Virus record (IMG/VR): IMGVR_UViG_3300036846_000488
Span: 1-64,000 of that record
Strand: one strand, 5' to 3'
Source: a virus
DNA: 64,000 bases
A program made the translations under genes and the position numbers. Positions 42,054 through 51,161 of this stretch are shown piece by piece. How positions within the stretch are numbered: position 1 is the stretch's first letter; every line of letters begins with the position of its first letter. The notes beneath the pieces were generated by a model. That model was not told the origin of the DNA, ran no database searches, and saw only the letters and a list, made by a program, of their open reading frames with translations.

Positions 42054-42460
42054 TACTCCTGGACCTCCTTCTCGGCCACGGCCAGGTGCGGCTTGTTGGG
42101 CTTCAGGGTGACGAAGCGGGAGACCGTCACCGGGTCGATGAGACCAGCGTCCATCGCGGCCTCCATCGCCTTCCGGTCCAGCACCTTCTTCGTGTACCTG
42201 TCGAAGGTCGGAGCCCGCAGTGCGCGACGCAGGCCCTTCTCGTCGATCACGGTGGTGTGGGCCTGCACGTAGGTGACCGCGAACGCGCGACCGTCGTGCT
42301 GCCAGCGGTAGCTCTTCCTCTGGTCTGCCTCCATCTGCTTCATCAACCGGTCGGCGAACTCGTCGAGCAGTGCCTGAGCGCGGTCGCGCTCGTGTCTAGC
42401 CTGCAGGTAGCAGGACACCAGTTCATCGGGTGCATTATCCATGGCGCTCATCCTATTCAC
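42053..42460 (-). CDS. hypothetical protein
   Basis: Coupled ORF. Confidence 0.55.
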   Translation of the reverse strand: MNRMSAMDNAPDELVSCYLQARHERDRAQALLDEFADRLMKQMEADQRKSYRWQHDGRAFAVTYVQAHTTVIDEKGLRRALRAPTFDRYTKKVLDRKAMEAAMDAGLIDPVTVSRFVTLKPNKPHLAVAEKEVQE

Positions 42461-43272
42461 ACGGCGTGTGTGGATACAAGCCCATCGACTACTTTTCTGC
42501 GACGAATCTCATCGATCTCGTCGATGTCCTTGCCCCAGGCCTTGGGCCAGGTCAGTCGTGTCACCAGCCGGTGCTTGAACAGCCGCTCGGTCGTCCGATA
42601 GGCCTCCCAGCCGGCGTCGTCCGTGTCGTAGCAGGTGTAGACGTACTCGGGATCGATCTTGTCGATCAGTCTGACCTGATCCACCGACAGTCGAGAGCCG
42701 TAGATCGCGAACGCATCGACTCCCACGTTCCACAATGCGATCGCATCCAACGCGCCCTCGACCAGAGCGACAGCCTCTCGATGATCTGTGGTGTAGTTGA
42801 AGAGCAGCCGACCCACGTCTACCCCATGTGGGTACTTGTACTTGGGCCCCTCCCCCAGGGTCCTACGCACCACTCCAAGTACCCGACTAGCTGGGTCGCG
42901 CAGCGGGTAGGTGCAGGCAGCGGTCTCCGGATCGAACCCGAGTCTGAACCGGCGGGCCGCGGCCTCGCCTACTCGGTCCGACCAGTACGGATGGACCGGG
43001 CCGGCGTCGTACCGGTTGAGCCAGGTCTCCGGGTAGACCGTACCTTCGGCCAGCTTGTTGTCCAGCCAGAGCCGCATCTGCTGGTAGTCCGGCTCGACCA
43101 GCAACGCCTCTCCGCTCAGGTCGCCGTGCGCGTGGCAGGTGTAGCAGTACCACTTCCGCTTGATGATGTTCACAGAGGCGCTGGGACGGCTGTCACCGTG
43201 CTCGGGGCAGAGGAACGACCTTTCCACCCCCCGACCCCAACGCAGGGCCTCAGCGAGGGTCAGCGGGCGCAT
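42457..43272 (-). CDS. DNA primase (CHC2 zinc finger + TOPRIM)
   Basis: CPEHGD..PS...WYCYTC; PKY; LVEGALDA; YDTDDAG. Confidence 0.88.
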   Translation of the reverse strand: MRPLTLAEALRWGRGVERSFLCPEHGDSRPSASVNIIKRKWYCYTCHAHGDLSGEALLVEPDYQQMRLWLDNKLAEGTVYPETWLNRYDAGPVHPYWSDRVGEAAARRFRLGFDPETAACTYPLRDPASRVLGVVRRTLGEGPKYKYPHGVDVGRLLFNYTTDHREAVALVEGALDAIALWNVGVDAFAIYGSRLSVDQVRLIDKIDPEYVYTCYDTDDAGWEAYRTTERLFKHRLVTRLTWPKAWGKDIDEIDEIRRRKVVDGLVSTHAV

Positions 43273-43390
43273 GAGACATAGACATGGTGCGAGCCATCGC
43301 AGTACGGGTGGACGCAGACCCAGGTGCTCCTCCCCCAGCTGATCTTGTGCGTGATCGGGCGCGTCTCTGACTTGATCGCAACAGCAGTAC

Positions 43391-44686
43391 TCATAGCTCG
43401 TCCTTGGTCTTGATGACCCGCAGCTTCGGCGGGGTCGGGTTGTCGGCCAGAGCCTCGGCGTTGATCACCAGGTCCTCCGCGTGGTCGGCGGAGATCTCGG
43501 TGAACACCCCGGCGTTCGGGTCGAAGGTGGTGTAGAAGCGGACCCCGGAGGATCCATGACGGTTCTTCTCCAGCGAGAAGTCCGTGGCCACGTCGTGCGG
43601 CTTGCTGCGCATCGTGAGCACCACATCCCCGTCCTGCCCGAGCGCGTCGGACTGGGCCAGGTTCTTCACCTTCGGTGGTGCACTGCCGGTCTCACCGTCC
43701 CGGTTGATCTGGGCAGCGCAGACCAGGGCTGTCTTCTGGGCCAGAGCGATCGTCTTCAACGAGTTGCTGATCGAGGCCATCACCCGCCAGTCGTCGATCG
43801 CGTGCCCACCTCCGTCCTGGGACATCAGCCCCACGTAGTCGATGTTGGTCATCTGGTACTCACCGCATCGCGCGGCCACGACTGAGGGAGACACCGGTCC
43901 GTCTGCCGGGGTGTGCACATCCAGCGCTCCACCAGCGTCGGCGAGCCGGTCCCTGAGCTCACCGACGAACCTCTTGTACGTCTCCCGGTCCACGTTCCGG
44001 TCCCGCAGGTTGGTCAGGGTGATCGCGGGGTAGCCCATCGAGGTGGCCAGACATGCGTGGAACCGGGCCACTACCTCCTCCTCGCTCATCTCCAGCGAGT
44101 AGAAGAGGACCCGGTTCCCGGCCAGCATCGCGTGCGCGCTCATCTTGACCTGGTGTGCGGACTTCCCCTGGCCTGGGCGTCCGGCTACGTACCAGAGGTT
44201 CCCCGACCTGATCCCGCCGGTGAACCGCTGCAGGGTGGGGTAGGGCACCTCCACGTAGTACGGCTTCTCGCCCCAGGCGCTGATCCGAGCGGTGTCGGTG
44301 ATCAGGGCCCGCGGCGGCAGCAGCGCGTGCTTGGGCTTGGCATCGGTGAGGATCTCGTACGCCGCACCGGCATCACCCAGGTGCAGCTGGTCCGAGGCCT
44401 CGGTCATCGCGGTCATGATCCGCCGGCGGTTCGCGGACTGGTGCACCATCTCCGCCGCCGAGCGCACCTCACGGTGCTCGGAGATGACGAAGTTCGGGAA
44501 CTTGTGGCGGAAGATGTCCCGGGTCGGCTGGCAGTCGTAGGTCTCGACGTAGTTGTGGAGCCAGTTGAACTCGTCGCGGTAGCCATCGAAGTCCGCACCC
44601 GTGATCCCGAACGGCACCTCGCTCCCGACGCTCTCGGTGTTCAGCAGCGCTGAGATCAGCAACGCCTCGGCGGATGGTGTGGGCAT
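43391..44686 (-). CDS. dnaB: DnaB-like replicative helicase
   Basis: AGRPGQGKS, YSLEMS, IDYVGL, AQINR, SDALGQD, EKNRHG. Confidence 0.9.
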   Translation of the reverse strand: MPTPSAEALLISALLNTESVGSEVPFGITGADFDGYRDEFNWLHNYVETYDCQPTRDIFRHKFPNFVISEHREVRSAAEMVHQSANRRRIMTAMTEASDQLHLGDAGAAYEILTDAKPKHALLPPRALITDTARISAWGEKPYYVEVPYPTLQRFTGGIRSGNLWYVAGRPGQGKSAHQVKMSAHAMLAGNRVLFYSLEMSEEEVVARFHACLATSMGYPAITLTNLRDRNVDRETYKRFVGELRDRLADAGGALDVHTPADGPVSPSVVAARCGEYQMTNIDYVGLMSQDGGGHAIDDWRVMASISNSLKTIALAQKTALVCAAQINRDGETGSAPPKVKNLAQSDALGQDGDVVLTMRSKPHDVATDFSLEKNRHGSSGVRFYTTFDPNAGVFTEISADHAEDLVINAEALADNPTPPKLRVIKTKDEL

Positions 44687-44714
44687 GCGGTAGCTCCTGT
44701 CGTGTATGCGCTAC

Positions 44715-44743
44715 ACCATATGTAGTGCATGGGTGTAGTGCAA
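44715..44743 (-). promoter_or_regulatory. sigma70-type promoter for replication operon
   Basis: TTGCAC-N17-TATGGT upstream of helicase; overlapped by TGCACTACA repeats. Confidence 0.65.
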
Positions 44744-44750
44744 GAGAGGA

Positions 44751-45092
44751 TCAGCTGTATTCGCGGTAGTACGGCATCTGGTTGCAGTCCGGCCAGACCC
44801 AGCGCCGCTGCCAGAAGGAAGTGGTGACCAGCACCGCGCCGTTGTGCTCACAGGGGTGGCGTGAGTCGCACACAGGGCAGTAGGTGTGGAGCACCTCGGT
44901 CCGAGGGGCGTCCGGGTAGCAGATCTGACAGGGCCGGACATAGACCTCACTCAGGTCCACCGCGAAGAGCTCGTGGCCAGGTCCCCGAGCGGGTCCCTTG
45001 GTCAGCTGGTAGCAGGTCGGAGTCCGGTGGAAGCGGGTCCTGTACCTCGGGTCCCCCCGCAACCAGACAGTCGGCATCTGAGCAACGTACAC
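44751..45092 (-). CDS. Cys/His-rich hypothetical protein
   Basis: FH..PTC, CQIC, CPVC, CEH; start uncertain. Confidence 0.5.
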   Translation of the reverse strand: MYVAQMPTVWLRGDPRYRTRFHRTPTCYQLTKGPARGPGHELFAVDLSEVYVRPCQICYPDAPRTEVLHTYCPVCDSRHPCEHNGAVLVTTSFWQRRWVWPDCNQMPYYREYS

Positions 45093-45102
45093 CTGTTCGG
45101 GG

Positions 45103-45204
45103 TCAGGTCAACAGGCGTGCGACCAGCTCGGTGAACCCGTACACCGCACCCAGGATCACGGCCAGTGAGAGCAGCCCCAGCAGGATGTCCCGAGCCAGCC
45201 TCAT
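45103..45204 (-). CDS. 33-aa membrane microprotein
   Basis: SD GGAGGG; MRLARDILLGLLSLAVILGAVYGFTELVARLLT. Confidence 0.5.
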   Translation of the reverse strand: MRLARDILLGLLSLAVILGAVYGFTELVARLLT

Positions 45205-45260
45205 CGTCCCTCCTGGACATGGAGAAGCCCCCGGCATGCACCTCCGGGGGCCTCTCATGC

Positions 45261-45290
45261 TTGACCGGGGTCGTGGGCCAGGTCTAGCGT
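45261..45290 (+). promoter_or_regulatory. putative rightward promoter
   Basis: TTGACC-N18-TAGCGT. Confidence 0.45.
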
Positions 45291-45296
45291 GCCATC

Positions 45297-45593
45297 TGAC
45301 TAGAACAGCGAGGTCATCGTAGCCCGATCCCTCGCGAGAATGCGAGGTTGATCATGGACGACACCGGCTAGCTCTTCGAGTGGGCGGCGTAGGCCCCGCG
45401 CCCGTAGATACAAGTTGGAGCCACCGGTTGACCAGAATGACGGAGGTAGCACTGGCCCCGGAGAGCGAGTTTCACGCGCGCGAGGTGGTCTGTGCTGGTT
45501 GGGTGGGATGTGGCCAACAGGACAGCGCGTAGCTCGGAGGCTCCGGAGGAGCCATTCACCTTGGGTCCTCTAGATCATTCCGCGTGGTGAACC
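45297..45593 (+). ncRNA. candidate ~300-nt structured non-coding RNA
   Basis: Intergenic, no credible ORF, multiple nested stems, upstream promoter-like motif. Confidence 0.35.
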
Positions 45594-46217
45594 CTACTGA
45601 CCCACCCCTACACAGACCGAGACCACCAGGTTCCGATCGACTGGCACACGCTCATGGAGACTGACCGTGGTCAGTACGAACCCCGCTGGACACAGTGGTC
45701 CAGGAGGGCCCGTAGGGCCTACCTCCCCAGGAACACCAGGGATACCCGGTGGACCTTGCTCACCACGTTGTCCTTGGACTCCGGGTACACCGGGTTCACC
45801 CTTGGCTCCTTGCTCACCTCTCAGGCCAGTAGCACCTGGTAGTCCTCTGGGGCCTACTGCACCTGGTGAACCCGGTGTACCCGAGGTCCCTCTTAGACCG
45901 GGTGTGCCTACTCCGTCCGTACCATCGGCACCATTCAGTCCAGGAAGACCTTGGGGACCGACAGGTCCTACTGGACCTCTGGCTCCTGTGGGTCCCACAG
46001 GTCCTTGGGGTCCAAGAGGCCCTGGGACGGTAGTAGCAGGGCCTGATGTAGTAGGAGCGTGGGTGGGACTCGGTAGAGGACTCGGTGGAGGACTCTTCGA
46101 GTCGGCATGGACGAAGTGCGTCAGCTCAGTGGGTGTGGCCAGAGCTATGCCCACTCCCACCACGCTCAAGGCCAGAGCAGTTCCGTAGCCCGCTGCTTCG
46201 ATCAGGATCGTCTTCAC
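45594..46217 (-). CDS. membrane-anchored collagen-like protein
   Basis: N-terminal hydrophobic helix, Pro/Thr linker, 36 Gly-X-Y triplets with one interruption, C-terminal Cys pair. Confidence 0.75.
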   Translation of the reverse strand: MKTILIEAAGYGTALALSVVGVGIALATPTELTHFVHADSKSPPPSPLPSPTHAPTTSGPATTVPGPLGPQGPVGPTGARGPVGPVGPQGLPGLNGADGTDGVGTPGLRGTSGTPGSPGAVGPRGLPGATGLRGEQGAKGEPGVPGVQGQRGEQGPPGIPGVPGEVGPTGPPGPLCPAGFVLTTVSLHERVPVDRNLVVSVCVGVGQ

Positions 46218-46471
46218 TCCTCTTGGTCTTCTCTCTCCCCCGTCTTCTTGGTCTTCGCGATGGTTACATCGGTTCTGCCGGCTAGAAACCCAGCCAGCAG
46301 ACCGATCATGGTGTTGATCACATCGGCGATATTCCTGGCTGCTGCACTGACATCTCGGTCGGTGAAGAAGGCCAGCAACACCACCAAGATCCCAGTGCCG
46401 AGCACGTAGGTACAGACGGTGAAGGTGATGGCCATCACCAGGATCTCGCCGGTACTGCGTCCCTTGAACAT
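46214..46471 (-). CDS. two-TM membrane protein
   Basis: Two hydrophobic helices, charged tail. Confidence 0.6.
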   Translation of the reverse strand: MFKGRSTGEILVMAITFTVCTYVLGTGILVVLLAFFTDRDVSAAARNIADVINTMIGLLAGFLAGRTDVTIAKTKKTGEREDQEE

Positions 46472-46526
46472 CCCCCGGCCTCCTTACTCACACGGTAAGT
46501 CCACTGTCTCCTGGCACAGCTATGTC

Positions 46527-46555
46527 TTGTGCGCATGTGGTGTATGGGCTATACT
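46527..46555 (+). promoter_or_regulatory. early promoter P1
   Basis: TTGTGC-N17-TATACT. Confidence 0.7.
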
Positions 46556-46653
46556 GGAGTCATCCAGTTAACTGGATCGGAGTCACCTGGTTAAGTCTCC
46601 TGCTGAGGAGCACCAGCACTCCCGAACAGGCCGGACCCTCTGGGGTCTGGCCC

Positions 46654-46682
46654 TTGTGCGTTTGTAGTGTTTTTGATATACT
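46654..46682 (+). promoter_or_regulatory. early promoter P2
   Basis: TTGTGC-N17-TATACT, same hexamers as P1. Confidence 0.7.
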
Positions 46683-46755
46683 GGACACAGTGCTTCAGAG
46701 CCCCACGCCCTGAGCACGACCCGATCCTTCGGCCCCATGCGGGGGGATCGGGGGT

Positions 46756-46805
46756 AGGCCCGGTGTCGGTGAGTATTCGTACTCTTCGACACTGGGCCTT
46801 TTTTC
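46756..46805 (+). terminator. intrinsic terminator in leader
   Basis: AGGCCCGGTGTCG...CGACACTGGGCCT + T run. Confidence 0.7.
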
Positions 46806-46834
46806 ATGTCCGGATACCCATGAAAGGACAACAG

Positions 46835-47059
46835 ATGACCCAACAGATCACCTGCGTGAAGTGTGGCTCAGACAGATTCCGTGCAGGAGAGATCGAGCTC
46901 AGTGAAGACGGCGGGTTCATCGTCGTCATGCCATGTACCGAGTGCGGTACCCCCAACAAGCTCATCCAGAGCGACGACACGGAGTTCGCCCAGCTGCTGC
47001 TGGAGTTCTTCCAGATCGCAGGCCCGGGGAAGTTCGAGCACAAGCTGGGGCCGTCGTGA
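46835..47059 (+). CDS. zinc-ribbon protein
   Basis: CVKC...CTEC; SD GAAAGGA. Confidence 0.6.
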   Translation: MTQQITCVKCGSDRFRAGEIELSEDGGFIVVMPCTECGTPNKLIQSDDTEFAQLLLEFFQIAGPGKFEHKLGPS

Positions 47060-47400
47060 GGACCTGGGTGTTGTGGACCCACTACGACTGTGAGGTCAGC
47101 GTCTGGCTCTTCGCCACTCAGGACGAGTGCTACCAGCAGCTGAAGAACAACTGGCTCGACGACTGCGACGAGGAATGCGGTCACAACCCGGATGAGGAGA
47201 TGTCGAACTCGGAGATCTCCGAGGCGGTGGGGTGGCACTACGACGAGCTGAGCTGGGACATCTGTCCGACCGAGGTGCCGGAGGAGGAGTTCACGGTGCC
47301 AGCTCCGGTCGCAGAGGCTCCGCCAGCTCCGGTCAGCATCACCGCCGCCCAGGCCGGAGATCTGCTCAGTCGTCTGCAGAGCTTCCAGGAGCGGTCATGA
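47056..47400 (+). CDS. hypothetical protein
   Basis: GTGA-coupled. Confidence 0.55.
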   Translation: MRTWVLWTHYDCEVSVWLFATQDECYQQLKNNWLDDCDEECGHNPDEEMSNSEISEAVGWHYDELSWDICPTEVPEEEFTVPAPVAEAPPAPVSITAAQAGDLLSRLQSFQERS

Positions 47401-47717
47401 AGGAACCACCTTGGCTCACGGCCAAGGTCGATCAACGTCTGGCCGAGATCAGAGCCGGCGGGGCGTTAGAGCTCGCTCGTGATCAGCACCCGTTGATCAT
47501 GACCTTCCTGGACGAGGGTGATCCCGAGATGTCCGAGGAAGAACGAGAGAAGTGGGAGCGGACCTGCGATAGCTGTGGTCGGTACTGCTCACCCGATGGA
47601 GACCTGGCCTTTTACACCGGTCATGCCCAACGAATTATCGATGGCCATCAGGTCATCTTGGCCTATGGAGTCTGCAATGACTGCAGGCTCGCTGATTCGG
47701 AAAGAGGAACCGAGTAA
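47397..47717 (+). CDS. hypothetical Zn-binding protein
   Basis: CDSC...CNDC. Confidence 0.55.
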   Translation: MKEPPWLTAKVDQRLAEIRAGGALELARDQHPLIMTFLDEGDPEMSEEEREKWERTCDSCGRYCSPDGDLAFYTGHAQRIIDGHQVILAYGVCNDCRLADSERGTE

Positions 47718-48178
47718 TGAGAGGGAACACGATGAAGTACGACATCCACGAGATGACCCCCGATGAGATCGCAGCATCCTGCGAGGACGCTGCCGACCTG
47801 CTCGAAGGTCACTGGACCTCGGGCAGCTGGTTCAGGTACGACGAGGACGACGAGGGCAGGGAGACTGGCATCTCCTACTGCATCGAGGGCGGTCTGGCCG
47901 CTGCGCTCGGTCTGGACAAGATCGAAGACGGTGATGACATCGCCCGCTTGACGCTGCTCAGCTGCCCGGTCTACGACGCGGTGCTGGAGACCCTGAACCA
48001 CCAGGTCTTCGCTCAGCAGGTCGATGCCGGTCTCCGTCAACCGGATGCGGAGTACACCCCGTCCTTCGGCGAGGGTGACCTGCCGAACTGGAACGACTCC
48101 GGTGGGCGCACTGAGCAGGAGGTGGTCGATCTGCTCCGGAAGACCGCGAAGCGGGTCCTCACGGAGGAGACGGCATGA
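47717..48178 (+). CDS. DUF6197-like protein
   Basis: W..G...C..GGL...WND..GRT..EVV. Confidence 0.6.
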   Translation: MRGNTMKYDIHEMTPDEIAASCEDAADLLEGHWTSGSWFRYDEDDEGRETGISYCIEGGLAAALGLDKIEDGDDIARLTLLSCPVYDAVLETLNHQVFAQQVDAGLRQPDAEYTPSFGEGDLPNWNDSGGRTEQEVVDLLRKTAKRVLTEETA

Positions 48179-48525
48179 GTGAGGAGACAGCAGATGTCCT
48201 GGCCGCCGGTCGGGAGTACATCGAGCAGAACGGCTGGTGGCGTGGGCACCTGATCGGTCCCAACGGACAGCAGGCCTGCGCAGTCGGTGGGCTGATGAGA
48301 GGTCTGCATCTGGCGGCTACGAGCGTGGAGAAGGACCCCAGGGTGCTGAACGCTTGCTTCGCGTTGGCCAACGTGCTCGGTGCAGAGCGGGCCTACCCGC
48401 TCCAGACCAACATCGGCTACGTGGAGTACTGGAACGACCACTACGCCAAGGACAAGCAGGCGGTCCTGGACGCCTTCGCGAAGGCCGAGAAGATCGAGCG
48501 TGCTGGGTTCGATCCCGATGCCTGA
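48175..48525 (+). CDS. DUF6197-like protein
   Basis: GWWRG...CAVGGL...YWND...VLDAF. Confidence 0.6.
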   Translation: MSEETADVLAAGREYIEQNGWWRGHLIGPNGQQACAVGGLMRGLHLAATSVEKDPRVLNACFALANVLGAERAYPLQTNIGYVEYWNDHYAKDKQAVLDAFAKAEKIERAGFDPDA

Positions 48526-48730
48526 GCCGGAGCGGTTCATCACCGCGGACGAGGCCTTGTTCGAGACCGAGCGAGCTGTCGCTGGTCTCGGTGGTGAGGG
48601 CGGGATGCTCGGAAAAATGGAGCAGCCCGAGGCCCTGAAGCTAGCCGAGGCGCTGTTCGGCGAGGACATGCCCGATGACATCCGGCAGTTCTTCACTCAA
48701 CCACCATCATCAGAGAGGGATGTCGACTGA
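48518..48730 (+). CDS. hypothetical protein
   Basis: Coupled ORF. Confidence 0.45.
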   Translation: MPEPERFITADEALFETERAVAGLGGEGGMLGKMEQPEALKLAEALFGEDMPDDIRQFFTQPPSSERDVD

Positions 48731-49044
48731 TGGAGTCCTACTTCGGAGAGCCCTGGCCCTCTGGCGTCTGCGACAACGGCATCCAGGTCCCGACTCCGGT
48801 GGGGGTGAACTGCATCCTCTGCCAGACCCCGGTCCAGGAGGGAGACCAGGGAAGCTTCATGCACGGCTCCGACGAGGAAGGTGTAATCCCTGCCCACAAG
48901 GAGTGCTCACTGCGCTCGGTGCTGGGTGGGATGGGGCACCACGAGGACCACCAGCTCTGGTGCATGGAGCGCGGTGACCCAGACGGTGGTCGCACCTACC
49001 GACAGTCGGCTCTGGAGGTCTGGAAGGTGGTGATCCAGAAGTGA
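48730..49044 (+). CDS. hypothetical Zn-binding protein
   Basis: CILC...HKEC. Confidence 0.55.
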   Translation: MESYFGEPWPSGVCDNGIQVPTPVGVNCILCQTPVQEGDQGSFMHGSDEEGVIPAHKECSLRSVLGGMGHHEDHQLWCMERGDPDGGRTYRQSALEVWKVVIQK

Positions 49045-49226
49045 CCTGGACCCAGCCGGTCTGCCTGAACAAGTGGAGGGAGCTGTACGGCAACCAGATG
49101 CCGCACATGCTGAAGCTCCCGAAGTCCGAGTGGGACCCCTGCTGCTACTGCCGGGAGCCCACCAACATCTACGTGCGGCTCGATCCCGCGACCGTGCCGT
49201 ACCCGAGGAAGGAGCAGGAGGAGTGA
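49041..49226 (+). CDS. small Cys-rich protein
   Basis: Coupled; CCYC. Confidence 0.5.
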   Translation: MTWTQPVCLNKWRELYGNQMPHMLKLPKSEWDPCCYCREPTNIYVRLDPATVPYPRKEQEE

Positions 49227-49462
49227 GGGCGATCAAGCACATCGACCAGATGTACGCCTTCGTCCAGACCGACCCCAAGGATCAGACCGAGGGAGTGATC
49301 GGCTTCCACACCGGCCAGGGCTGGATGCCGATGGTCGGTGCCGACATGGACCGGGTGGAGTACCTGAGGCCGATGGCTCAGAAAATCGCTGACGCCACCG
49401 ATACCGAGATCCGACTGATCAGGTTCACCCTCCGTGAGGAGATCGAGGTGATCAAGCCATGA
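49223..49462 (+). CDS. hypothetical protein
   Basis: SD GGAG; MPMVGAD. Confidence 0.55.
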   Translation: MRAIKHIDQMYAFVQTDPKDQTEGVIGFHTGQGWMPMVGADMDRVEYLRPMAQKIADATDTEIRLIRFTLREEIEVIKP

Positions 49463-49683
49463 ATGATGTGTCCAAGACCCACATCATCGAGCTCGATCAG
49501 ATGTCTCTGATGATGCTCCGGCATCTGCGGGAGCACGGCGCTGAGGAGCCAGCGGTACCCGAGGACGGACGCTACGAGCACGAGGAGATGTCCGCTCTGC
49601 ACTACGAGTGGTCGCGTACTCACCAGGCGATCCGACTGCTCCTCGGAGTACAGCTGGTCAATCAGGCTCTCGAACAGCTATGA
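49459..49683 (+). CDS. hypothetical protein
   Basis: Coupled ORF. Confidence 0.5.
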   Translation: MNDVSKTHIIELDQMSLMMLRHLREHGAEEPAVPEDGRYEHEEMSALHYEWSRTHQAIRLLLGVQLVNQALEQL

Positions 49684-49825
49684 GATGCCGCCACACCATG
49701 GAATCCCTGGCGATTCCAACGCATACCCACACCTGCTCTGGCAACCACGACGCCGGCTACCACTGGTGTCCTGGGTGTCAGCAGTGGTGGTGGAAGAAGG
49801 AAGAAACCAACCCGAAAGGAACCAA

Positions 49826-50242
49826 GTGAGCACACTCACCGCACTCAAGCCGTTGAAGAGCTTGGGCGAGAAGATCCGCATCCTGCCAAGCCCGGACGTG
49901 CCGCCGATCGACACGCCGACCCATTCCGACACCGCCAGCGTGAAGGTGCTGGTCAAGGCCCGCCAGATCGTAGCCAGGGGCTGGATCCAGGGCGCGGCCC
50001 AGAACGACCGCGGCACCAAGTTCTGCGCTCAGCAGGCCATCAACGAGGCCACTCACGAGCTGAGGTACGCGGAGAAATTCGGGTACCGCTGCCAGTCGAT
50101 GATGATGCGTACGATCAGCGTCGAGACCGGCACGTCCTGGGGCACCATCCCGAACTGGAACGACGCACCGGGTCGGACCCAGCAGCAGGTTCTGACCATG
50201 TTCGACAAGACCATCGAGACCGCTCGGAAGGTAGGCGCATGA
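49826..50242 (+). CDS. DUF6197-like protein
   Basis: GWIQG...FCAQQAI...WNDAPGRT..QVL; SD GAAAGGA. Confidence 0.6.
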   Translation: MSTLTALKPLKSLGEKIRILPSPDVPPIDTPTHSDTASVKVLVKARQIVARGWIQGAAQNDRGTKFCAQQAINEATHELRYAEKFGYRCQSMMMRTISVETGTSWGTIPNWNDAPGRTQQQVLTMFDKTIETARKVGA

Positions 50243-50673
50243 GCACTCCCAACATCCCGCTGTTGCGGAAGGCCGTGGAGTGGGTCGAGTGGCAGGACAC
50301 GATGCCCGAGATCGACCGGGAGTGGGACCAGGCCGAGTTCCGGAACGCGACCAACGAGCACGCCTACCGACTGGCCTACTTCGCGCTGCTGGCCGCTGGG
50401 GTTCGTAGCACGAACCGTCGAGCGCAGACCATTGGGCTCAGCCAGTACCTGGAGCCGTACTGCGGCACCTCGTTCTGCGTGGCCGGCTACATCGGACAGC
50501 TGCTCAACCGCGAGTACGCCACCCAGGACAAGGTGAACGGGGTGTTCGTCGCGGAGTACGCGACCAAGCAGCTCGGGCTGACTCTGGACCAGGCCGAGGA
50601 ACTGTTCGACGGCTGCAACACCGCCGCCGACATCCGCCGGATCTGCGAGCGGATCGCGGGAGAGAAGCTGTAG
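50239..50673 (+). CDS. hypothetical protein (WDQ...CGT..C.AG)
   Basis: Motif familiar from actinophage early genes. Confidence 0.55.
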   Translation: MSTPNIPLLRKAVEWVEWQDTMPEIDREWDQAEFRNATNEHAYRLAYFALLAAGVRSTNRRAQTIGLSQYLEPYCGTSFCVAGYIGQLLNREYATQDKVNGVFVAEYATKQLGLTLDQAEELFDGCNTAADIRRICERIAGEKL

Positions 50674-50676
50674 CTC

Positions 50677-51105
50677 GTGATCGAGTACTACGACCGCGAT
50701 GGCCGACCTCTCGATCGGGAGTCAGCGTGGGCTCTGCTGGTGGACTATGACTACAAACGGGTCGATCTCACCGAGGTCGGCCCGTACGTAGTCTCCACGG
50801 TCTGGTTGGGGTTGGACCATCGCTACATGGGCGAGGGTCCACCCCTGATCTTCGAGACCATGGTCTTCACCAACTCGGCCTGGAATGCCGATCGGGCGGA
50901 CGAGAACCGGGAACTGCTCCTGGAACTGGACTGCCAGCGGTACAGCACCCTCCAGCAGGCCCAGGAGGGCCATCGGGCGATGGTTCTGCTGGTAGAGGCC
51001 ACATTGGACGAGGAGGTGCCGACCGAGGCCTCAGAGGGCGTTTTAGGCCCTCAGGAGCTGAAAAGTAGTGTTTTGAGTTGTATGTGGTGCCTAAATACCC
51101 TATAA
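50677..51105 (+). CDS. hypothetical protein (VSTVWLGLDH...FETMVF)
   Basis: Recognisable phage motif. Confidence 0.55.
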   Translation: MIEYYDRDGRPLDRESAWALLVDYDYKRVDLTEVGPYVVSTVWLGLDHRYMGEGPPLIFETMVFTNSAWNADRADENRELLLELDCQRYSTLQQAQEGHRAMVLLVEATLDEEVPTEASEGVLGPQELKSSVLSCMWCLNTL

Positions 51106-51106
51106 T
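51078..51106 (+). promoter_or_regulatory. early promoter P3
   Basis: TTGTAT-N17-TATAAT in AT-rich patch. Confidence 0.75.
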
Positions 51107-51161
51107 TAAGGGGTCAGGGCGACTGCATACCCTGATATCGGTCCTCCCAGACCGACACGGA

